A stretch of DNA of 62,968 bases, counting the filler, from Cladosporium halotolerans (taxonomy: Eukaryota): the NCBI RefSeq assembly GCF_011745625.1. It is 3 parts of 3 records of this genome, joined end to end, with 100 filler letters (N's around TTAATTAATTAA, not from the genome) between each part and the next. Parts side by side here need not be neighbours in the genome. Positions count along the whole stretch, not along the records: positions 42,417 to 62,968 come from NW_027191547.1; 2 more parts are not named here. One strand, given 5' to 3'. Position numbers and translations under genes: made by a program. Shown piece after piece: positions 55,687-62,968 of this stretch; the stretch's first letter is position 1, and each line of letters starts with the position of its first letter. The notes below the pieces were generated by a model. It was not told the origin of the DNA. It searched no databases and worked only from the letters and a program-made list of their open reading frames with translations.

Positions 55687-56928
55687 TCACGCGAGAAGCC
55701 GGGCCATCAATCCATCCACAATCAACCTCTTGCTTTCCCACTTCAAGCGGTTTGCTTCAAGTAGTATGTTCTCAACGTTGAGCCCACTTCGGTGCTGGTC
55801 AAAAGCTTTACTTAAGCAAAGCTGCAGTCTCTCAAAGTTGAAAACAAGGCACAGTCCAGCAGCGTTGTGCTCTCGTTCGCTATGTCCATCTTCCCACTCA
55901 GCTCTACTCAATTCATGCCCATATGACTTTTCCACTTCCTGAGCTAAATCGCCGTAAGATTTTGGTGCGAAATGCTCGTGAACAAAAGACGGCCTCATGT
56001 TGTAAGCGGCTAACTTCTCCAAATCAGCCAAATCTTGACAAGAATTGTAGGATCTCAGTAGCATGTCATCCAGTTCGATGTCAGACAGTATGCTGGGGGC
56101 AAAAGGTTGGAATATGTAGTTAGATCCATCGATCTGCGTGACGTTCTGCAATTGACCCATGCCTCCCGGATGCTTGGAGAGATAAGTCGGATGATTGTAG
56201 AGCGTCTTGGTTATAATACGCTTCTGATGACTCAGACCAGAGAAGACATCTCCAGGAAGGGGAAGGTCGTAGAATGGGTGCAGAAGATTTCCCAAGTTGC
56301 CTGCGCTTTCCATCGGAAGATCCCAGGCTTGTGTTAGAGCAAATTCTCCCTTGCCAAACTCGCAAGAAGCATCAAACAGGTCGTCCCCAACAAGGTAACG
56401 TATCGCCATCCACAAAACAAATTGACAGAACATGCCGCAATCTAGAGTCGTGGGGCCGCGAAGAAAGTCATTCAGCCCTTGGCTCAGTGGTTTGTCCCCT
56501 ATGTATCTTATCACCCAACGAGTGTCCTTGTCTTCAAGCGTATTTGTCCAACCAGCCGGACATTGGCGCCTGACGTTCTGGTTCCAGAGGGTGATAGGGT
56601 ATCGAGGATATGCTTCATTCCACAGTTGAGTGAAAGTAGTTGGATAATTCAATCCTTTCAGGGGCATGTCGTAGTACTCTACTCTGTTCGGTCCGCAGAG
56701 GTTGGCTAGAGTCTTCACGCCTTCAGTAAAAGTTTCCACATTCCAGCGGGCGTGATCGCATCCTGTTCGGAGATCCTTAAGGTACGTCTTCAATCCCTGG
56801 GATGCCGGAGAGATTTGTAGTTCCGCCAGAGCATGCGCTCTCTCTTCCTCCTCCAGAGCTGTGAGCTGCCGCATGAAAGGAAGTGAAGGAATCTCTACAG
56901 GTGAAGGATCTTCGCTTGAAGACGCCAT
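55687..56928 (-). CDS. Intact intronless orphan protein (413 aa), putative Tgl-like transglutaminase/papain-fold Cys enzyme
   Basis: Long clean ORF amid decayed DNA. Motifs KPLSQGLNDFLRGPTTLDCGMFCQFVLWMAIRYLVGDDLFD and YNHPTYLSKHPGGMGQLQNV. The gene itself is well supported; the function call is by-eye similarity only. Confidence 0.65.
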   Translation of the reverse strand: MASSSEDPSPVEIPSLPFMRQLTALEEEERAHALAELQISPASQGLKTYLKDLRTGCDHARWNVETFTEGVKTLANLCGPNRVEYYDMPLKGLNYPTTFTQLWNEAYPRYPITLWNQNVRRQCPAGWTNTLEDKDTRWVIRYIGDKPLSQGLNDFLRGPTTLDCGMFCQFVLWMAIRYLVGDDLFDASCEFGKGEFALTQAWDLPMESAGNLGNLLHPFYDLPLPGDVFSGLSHQKRIITKTLYNHPTYLSKHPGGMGQLQNVTQIDGSNYIFQPFAPSILSDIELDDMLLRSYNSCQDLADLEKLAAYNMRPSFVHEHFAPKSYGDLAQEVEKSYGHELSRAEWEDGHSEREHNAAGLCLVFNFERLQLCLSKAFDQHRSGLNVENILLEANRLKWESKRLIVDGLMARLLA

Positions 56929-57681
56929 TTCTTGTGAAGTGGCTGTTGTCCCCTTTCCCGGATACAGCAGCAAAGTTCGGAAATGGTGTGTTCGATCGAA
57001 GATGTATGTATGGTAGAGGGATTGGGCAAGAAAATAAGACTGCCGCGTTTTAGATGGAAACACGCCCGCTGAGTCTCATAGGGTGCGCGTTTGCGAGATT
57101 ACGAGATGGAATAGGAGCAGGCTTACCTGGCAACCCATTATTCTCAAAGAGTGCTTCATTCGCAGCCTGGCGTTTCAACGAAGCTCAGCTTGGATGGCTA
57201 TCAGCCAATCCAGACGACGATTTAGCGCCGGGAACCTACCTATCATTTCAGCCTTCTCCCATGTCCAAATACTATGACTCATGCTCTTCTTCAAGTAGCG
57301 AACTTGCATTGCACTTCATCTTCGGTACGTATATTATTGCCAACGCACAACTGTGACAGATGCATCCGAATCTTAGGGTGAGAGCTTCGGATGACCTAGA
57401 ACTAACCTGCGGGCAAGCTGAGGCCCATCGTGCAGGCCTTGGCACTATTGCAGCTGCCAGGCATCTCGAAATGCGTCGCTAGCGATGCGAAGTTTGGTAA
57501 CGCGACACATTTCTTCAGCGCGTTGTTCGATGGTTTTCGACTCAGGTAAAGCCTCGCTCGCAGGACTGGTCTTTCTCGTGCGGACCCTACGCCCTACCTC
57601 AATTTCGCCCTCGCTGCTTGCATCTTCGACGAGCGCGTACCGGTCTTCACTCCCTTACGCGTGAATGAATAGTCTTCTATA

Positions 57682-58361
57682 GAAGACTTCCCCACTTCAA
57701 GCACGGACACACTTCAAGCACGCTCGACGCGACCCCAACGCGCTCTCCTGCACACGCGACATCTCGACAAATACTAGCTCCATGGAAGCAGCGCTTGCAG
57801 ATCTGAGATCCTCTAGCCCTGTAAATATATCCAATGTCGCAAGAAGACATGGGGTCACGAGATCGGCGCTTAGCAAACGGTTTCACGCAAAGACCTCCTC
57901 ATTGCCTCAGGGCGCCGAATCGCGGAGGATGCTCAACGACAAGCAAGAAGAAGAGCTCATAAACTATATTCATCATCTCTGCGAACGTTGCCTCCCACCT
58001 ACACCAAAAATCGTCGCCAATATCGCTCAAGACTTATGTGGGAGAAAGCTTTCCAAAAACTGGGCCTCACGTTTCGTCGCGAGACACAAGCATAGGCTTG
58101 GTGCTAGATATCTCAACACAATCGACCTCGCGCGCCACAAAGCTGATTCCAGAAGTAGCTATGAGGCCTACTTCGCCATCGTTGGTCAAAAAGTGGAAGA
58201 ATACAGAATAAGTGCTGACAATATCTACAACATGGACGAGAAGGGCTTCCTCATCGGCAAGCTGCAAAAGACGCGAAGAATCTTCACACGAGAGCTGTAC
58301 AAGCAAGGCACTCTTACAGGAGCCGGCCAAGACGGCAGCAGAGAGTGGATAACGGTTGTGG
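57682..58361 (+). mobile_element. 5' part of a third, more distant Fot1/pogo element (transposase from 57782, truncated)
   Basis: TA|GAAGACTTCCCCACTTCAAGCAC..ACTTCAAGCAC TIR with internal repeat. HTH (ISNVARRHGVTRSALSKRF), IYNMDEKGF and GSREWITVV, then an abrupt loss of homology. Confidence 0.88.
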
Positions 58362-58460
58362 TGTCTTGGGCCGAGCCCGTGACATGCCTATAGTGTTGCT
58401 GTTTGTATCTGGCAGGTGTGCCGAGAGTCGGCTTCACCTGAGAACTCCGCTCAGAACCTC
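58362..58460. mobile_element. Possible LTR fragment inserted in the third pogo
   Basis: Starts with TG exactly at the transposase break: TGTCTTGGGCCGAGCCCGTGACA, a small inverted repeat like those at fungal LTR edges. Confidence 0.35.
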
Positions 58461-58813
58461 AGAGAGAGAGAGAGAGAGAGTAATTTATTCCGCCCGGCGC
58501 TAAGCACCTAAAGGGCACTGCACTATTTACGTCACAAAGTATACATGCATCCCAATGAGATTAAACAAAACAGAATTCCGTGCCCGTTGTTCTTCCTCAT
58601 TAAAAGCCACTCCGAACAATGCGTGTCGCCCCTAATCCTCGTGTGCTCGTGATTGCTAGTTGGCGGGTGCTCTTGAAGCTATGTTTCCAAGTGTTCATCG
58701 TCCTATCTTCAGCGGATGAAGCGGGGACCAGCCGTGCGTGCGAGGGTGCGTGGGGTGGTTCGGCGTTGATGGTTAGTAGGGTAAGAGTTTCTGGTCGACG
58801 TTCGCGGTCTAAG

Positions 58814-61800
58814 TTAACGTGTCACTCGAACTCGCTCGTTGCTGTCATGTTCGAATCGTTTGGTGGCCAGAGTGAAGTGGATCACAGCTCGCACTGCATC
58901 CATGTCCGGTGTCCAGTCGTCAGTATCCATCGTAGATCTGCCCCCGAGCAGACGAGAAAAACTGTCCTCGTCTGTGCACACGCCCAAGATTTTCCGCTGC
59001 TCAGTCCACCTGGCACAACGCAAGACAAAGTGCTCTCTCGACTCAACTGCCTCGCCACACTCGCAAAGGTTCGTTTCCGCTGCCTTGATATTGTGCAGGT
59101 ATCCATTCAGTGGGGTCATGCCCGTACGAAGCTGCGCGAGAATACTCGCCTGTCTCTTGCTGAGGTCGTCGTACATGCGCCGAGTGTGATTTCCAGGCCA
59201 GGCAGTGTCGATTCTGCGTACGGATTCCCCGACAGTCGCCGGCACCTGCTCAGTCGCTCGCCTCAGGCGTTCCTGTGTCCTTTGAACCATACTTCTGGTC
59301 AGCCTGGGTCGATCTCTGACCACTCGTTCCTCATCCGTGGATCGTTGCGCTAGCTGCTTTGCCTTTTGGCCCAACTCGAAGATCGGGCTCACCGGGGCCC
59401 ATGCGAAGACTACGCGGTTGTGGGATTCGTTCAGACGTCTCACATGTTTTAGAATGCCGCTAATGATCCACTGTCCGGACCTTCGGGTGGCATTTCGCAA
59501 CGTTACCAGAACGGTGCGGTTGTTGGTGAACACGTGTATGCCCTGGCCTTGTACGCGCGCCGACAGTGTATTGTCGTACACCGCACTGACGACCAAACCA
59601 AGTCCCACTTCGATCGAAGCCAGTGCAGCTGTGTAGGCATCGCACTGCGTATTGGTGCCTACCGTCTTGTCGTACTCGCATCGCTCGGAGTTGTTGCGTA
59701 TCCAGTCGATGCCATCGATGGCGCCGCCGATGCCGACCAGCTGATTTCTGACCGACGCGCTGGTGGCGACACGGATGCCCTGCATGCCTTGGGCGCACCC
59801 GGCTGCCTGCTCACCGTCATTCACACTGTTGGCTATATCGAGTCGCGCGTCCCACGGGGCCGAGATGTAGGGCTGGGTCGCCTCCAGCTCATCCATCGGT
59901 GCTCCGCCTGCGGACTCTGCGATCTTTTGCAAGGGTGACGTGTACCTCTTGCACGCCCGACGCCTGATCATCTGCGCGAGAGGGTGTGTGCTGGGAATGC
60001 TGTGCAGATCGACCCACATCCTCAGGGCTTTTCGTGAGTGTCGTTCTCCTATCGTGGGCAAGTTGGCTTCTGCCTCTGCCACCGCTGTACCGACCGTCTG
60101 GAAACACCCGACCACTGCCTGTCCACCGACCCTCTGCACTCGCTTGAGCACCCTCTCTGCACTGGCCCTCCTGGCGTGCGTCCATACGGACGATGCGTAG
60201 TCGACCACTGGTGCCACCGTCGCGTTGAACAGCTTGCGTGTCACTGACGGCGACAGTCCTCGCAGCCGCTTCAGCGCCATGGCCGCCTGTAGACCCCTTG
60301 TCGCAGCACGCGCGGTGTGCTCTTGGTAGCGCAGTCGCGAATCCATGATCAGTCCTAGAATCTTGACGCTGGATGTGGGGTGTACCTCTTCCCCTTTGAC
60401 GCTTATTGGCTCGTCCGCGGACTGACGGCTGTTCCTCGTGAAGTGGATGAAGGCAGTCTTGTCCCCCTCGAAAGAGGCCCCGCTCCTGTTCTCCCACTCG
60501 GTCGCTCGCTGTACGATAGCATTGAGGCGAACCATGTTCTCTGCGACAGTCGCGCCCACGACCCACGCTGTGTAGTCATCGACAAAAGCGATCGCCCCGC
60601 CGTTGTGGTCGATTCGTTGCTGGACGAGATCCGCATTGAAGAAAAGAAACAGGATGGGTGACAAGGGCGAGCCTTGTGGCAGCCCGGCCTGTTCGAGTGC
60701 TCTCACCTCGGACGCCTGCCCATTCACAACAATCGTGGCCGTGCGTCCGGAGCAGAACGCGCCAATCCAGTTCACTAGGTCCGAAGGGATGCCTCTTGCC
60801 GCTAGCCGCTGTAGTAACCTGTCCTTGTAGACTCCATTGTACGCCCCTTTCACATCAAAACTAACCAGACTCACCACTTTCTTACTTCTCCAAGCCGTGT
60901 AAATGCGATCTTGGAGGAGCAACAGCGCCTGCTCGGCAGACCTCTGTTTCCTCGCGCCGAAGTGGTTGGCTGGCAGCAGCCCGTAAGTTTCCACCACGAA
61001 TGATATCCTCTCTGCGACGACCGCCTCCAGCAGCTTACCCAAAGTCGATAGCAGTGAGATGGGTCTCCACGCCTTCGCCTGGGTGTAGTCGTCCTTGTTG
61101 GGCTTCTTGAGCGGGATGATCTTTGCTATCTTCCACTGCTGGGGCAGGCTTCCTGTGTCGAGCGACGTCTGAAAAAGCTGACGGACACTCTCACCCACGG
61201 CTGGCCATATTTGCCGCCATACTCCAGCAGGGAGACCGTCTTCGCCTGCGGCTTTCCATGGCTTGGTTTCCGCAAGACATCGCTCGATCTCCTCCACGGT
61301 CAGCTCCGGTATGGGTACGGGTTGTCTCTGTGGTCGGTCTCCTTCGTCCTCTATGTTCTCGGGTAGCGGCGGGAAAAAGGTAGTAAGCAGCTGTTGGGCC
61401 TGCTCCGAGTTGTTCATTGTTGTCGACCCATCCCCTTTCTGTAGAGGTGGGATCCTCGACCACCCCGAGCCATCGCCGGGCTTGAGGTAGCGGCTGGCCT
61501 TCCAGATGTTGGTGTCTTCCGCTAAGAACTCATCCCAGTGCAATCTTTGTTGCTTGCGTATCGCGTCGTGATACTCCTTCGCTGCCGCTCGCGCTTGCTG
61601 TTCCAAGTCCGGCAGTGCCTCCCCGCCTCGTCTCTGCGCACGCGCCCTGTTCCTCCAGTACGTGTAGACCTTGCGGAGCTTCGTGAGGTCCCTGGTCCAC
61701 CAGCGTTTCGCATACGAGGACGGCTTGGCTTTGGGTGTCAGCGTGTTGACCGCCTCTAGGACCACCTGCATTAAACGGTCTGCTTGTCTCTGGACGTCGC

Positions 61801-62626
61801 CACCCGCCGGTCGATCGTGTAACGCTTGAGCGATAGACTCTCGGATCGCATTCCACGGGGCATTCTTGAACAGCAACCGAGGTTGGGTTGCGTGGTCTGG
61901 GATTTCGACGTCAAAAGACGTTTCAATCGCGCGATGATCTGATCCGTGCTCCGTGTCGTGGATCTTGCACTTGAGGACATCCGACGCCAACTCCTGGGAC
62001 GCCAACATGAGGTCGATCGTGGTAGCGTGCATTGCATTCTGCCACGTCTTGGTCCCGCGGGGCAGGAGGCTCTCGAGGCTCCGTCTGTTCATGAGATCGA
62101 TGATGGGGTCTGCCTCGCCCTGTCGTGTCGGCAGGACCCCGTCTCCTCCCCACAGCTGGTCATGCCGATTGAAGTCGCCGGCGACCACAACATCAAGGCG
62201 TGGGCCACCGCGACGCTGTACCGTGCTTATTGCGTCGTCGAGCAATCTCATCGTCCCGCTCAACGCTGCGGTGTTGCTCCCTTCCACATACACTGACGCG
62301 AGCAACATTGACCTATCCGGCAGTCGCAGCAGAGCCACTGTGAGGTCTGCCGATGGCACGATCACCTGCTCACACTCGATGTCCTTGCGCACCCAAAGCA
62401 TGCTTCGCACCGCCCACCTTCCATTGTGTCTCTCACTCGGCAGGATGGCCGTCCAGCTTTGATGCCCCATCGGGCTCGTCCTCACCTTGCCGTCCATCTC
62501 AAATACATAGGGCTCGCTGATGACGAGAGCCGCGTAATTTTCCAGACTCGCGTCGTTCATCAGGCTGTGCTGCACCTCTCGCCGTTTCTGCATGTTCAGT
62601 TGTAGAATTTGCATCGGCTTAGACAT
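58814..62626 (-). CDS. LINE ORF2 (AP endonuclease, reverse transcriptase, degenerate RNase H, C-terminal zinc finger), intact
   Basis: ILQLN, ISEP, AGDFN, TIDL, GSDH; WRPISLL, FDVKGAY, GLPQGSPLSP, FVDD; LRTG..LN.YL, CECG..ESREHF..C. Confidence 0.95.
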   Translation of the reverse strand: MSKPMQILQLNMQKRREVQHSLMNDASLENYAALVISEPYVFEMDGKVRTSPMGHQSWTAILPSERHNGRWAVRSMLWVRKDIECEQVIVPSADLTVALLRLPDRSMLLASVYVEGSNTAALSGTMRLLDDAISTVQRRGGPRLDVVVAGDFNRHDQLWGGDGVLPTRQGEADPIIDLMNRRSLESLLPRGTKTWQNAMHATTIDLMLASQELASDVLKCKIHDTEHGSDHRAIETSFDVEIPDHATQPRLLFKNAPWNAIRESIAQALHDRPAGGDVQRQADRLMQVVLEAVNTLTPKAKPSSYAKRWWTRDLTKLRKVYTYWRNRARAQRRGGEALPDLEQQARAAAKEYHDAIRKQQRLHWDEFLAEDTNIWKASRYLKPGDGSGWSRIPPLQKGDGSTTMNNSEQAQQLLTTFFPPLPENIEDEGDRPQRQPVPIPELTVEEIERCLAETKPWKAAGEDGLPAGVWRQIWPAVGESVRQLFQTSLDTGSLPQQWKIAKIIPLKKPNKDDYTQAKAWRPISLLSTLGKLLEAVVAERISFVVETYGLLPANHFGARKQRSAEQALLLLQDRIYTAWRSKKVVSLVSFDVKGAYNGVYKDRLLQRLAARGIPSDLVNWIGAFCSGRTATIVVNGQASEVRALEQAGLPQGSPLSPILFLFFNADLVQQRIDHNGGAIAFVDDYTAWVVGATVAENMVRLNAIVQRATEWENRSGASFEGDKTAFIHFTRNSRQSADEPISVKGEEVHPTSSVKILGLIMDSRLRYQEHTARAATRGLQAAMALKRLRGLSPSVTRKLFNATVAPVVDYASSVWTHARRASAERVLKRVQRVGGQAVVGCFQTVGTAVAEAEANLPTIGERHSRKALRMWVDLHSIPSTHPLAQMIRRRACKRYTSPLQKIAESAGGAPMDELEATQPYISAPWDARLDIANSVNDGEQAAGCAQGMQGIRVATSASVRNQLVGIGGAIDGIDWIRNNSERCEYDKTVGTNTQCDAYTAALASIEVGLGLVVSAVYDNTLSARVQGQGIHVFTNNRTVLVTLRNATRRSGQWIISGILKHVRRLNESHNRVVFAWAPVSPIFELGQKAKQLAQRSTDEERVVRDRPRLTRSMVQRTQERLRRATEQVPATVGESVRRIDTAWPGNHTRRMYDDLSKRQASILAQLRTGMTPLNGYLHNIKAAETNLCECGEAVESREHFVLRCARWTEQRKILGVCTDEDSFSRLLGGRSTMDTDDWTPDMDAVRAVIHFTLATKRFEHDSNERVRVTR

Positions 62627-62968
62627 CACTCGCCGGGTAAAGAGTACGACACTGGCGGCTGGGCGATTCGTGGGGCCCGTCGCATATGGCACATCTAGGG
62701 TTCTCTGCCTGGCAGTCACTGTGGCGGTGGCCTGGTTGAGCGCACCTGCTACAAACCTGCGCTTTCGTGCACCGAAATGCTTTGTGTCCGAGGCCCAGAC
62801 ACCTGAAGCACTGCATCGGTCCACGCCTGGGCTCGAAGACTCGGGTGAAGGCCGACTCTCCATCCACATTGAAGTATTGGCCCTCCAGCAGCCTCGCTGC
62901 GTCTGCGCGCTTAGTCACGTACACGACCATAGATCCATACGCCTTTGGCAGATCCTTCCGGCTGAGCC
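62619..62968 (-). CDS. LINE ORF1 (gag-like) C-terminus, partial
   Basis: CFRCLGLGHKAFRC, CSRCAQPGHRHSDC, CAICDGPHESPSRQC. Its stop overlaps the ORF2 start (8-nt overlap). Confidence 0.92.
   Translation of the reverse strand, partial: LSRKDLPKAYGSMVVYVTKRADAARLLEGQYFNVDGESAFTRVFEPRRGPMQCFRCLGLGHKAFRCTKAQVCSRCAQPGHRHSDCQAENPRCAICDGPHESPSRQCRTLYPASDV

Larger units (their letters stand above)
58461..62968 (-). mobile_element. Tad1-clade LINE, runs off the window end
   Basis: ORF1 with three CCHC knuckles, ORF2 APE-RT-RNaseH-like-ZnF, and a 3' UTR ending AATAAATTA(CT)10. Confidence 0.93.

Noticed and set aside
62627..62869. N-terminal extension of LINE ORF2 in the ORF track
   Set aside because: It overlaps ORF1's zinc knuckles in another frame. 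The endonuclease begins at MSKPMQILQLN (62626).
21737..62968. Starship element call
   Set aside because: The cargo-like content is suggestive, but I found no DUF3435 tyrosine-recombinase captain or boundary repeats in the window.
1..62968. tRNA/rRNA genes
   Set aside because: No convincing cloverleaf/T-loop or rRNA-like segment was seen by eye. tRNAscan-SE/Infernal would be needed to exclude them.

Overview
Fungal (Pezizomycotina, probably Dothideomycete) scaffold window made of three contigs joined by 100-bp artificial spacers (N44-TTAATTAATTAA-N44 at 21637-21736 and 42317-42416). (1) 1-~2.48 kb is a RIP-degraded AT-rich repeat block. (2) 3-21.5 kb is a compact run of intron-poor core genes: a Zn2Cys6-type TF with a degenerate zinc cluster, CIA84, mitochondrial S18, a Q/Y-rich glycine-zipper+CVNH protein, an FAD oxidoreductase, fructosamine kinase, the MAG2/RNF10 RING ligase, a GIT1-like MFS transporter, and an M24 peptidase cut by a hAT-like end. 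(3) 21.7-42.3 kb is accessory-type DNA: two intron-rich membrane genes (PTH11-like, amino-acid permease), much decayed coding debris, a HeLo-like/ankyrin remnant, a MADS-box-like mini-gene and a JmjC-like gene with altered metal ligands. (4) 42.4-63 kb is an un-RIPed transposon nest: two full-length Fot1/pogo elements (one with a TG rather than TA duplication, inside a Copia element), a Copia element with identical 121-bp LTRs but no TSD, a 17-bp higher-order minisatellite, a TPR (NLR) remnant, a truncated pogo and an intact Tad1 LINE. The nest contains one intact, intronless orphan gene (55687-56928). By eye it resembles bacterial Tgl-type (papain-fold) transglutaminases, and it is the best candidate for something undescribed. 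All family calls are by motif recognition only; no searches were run.
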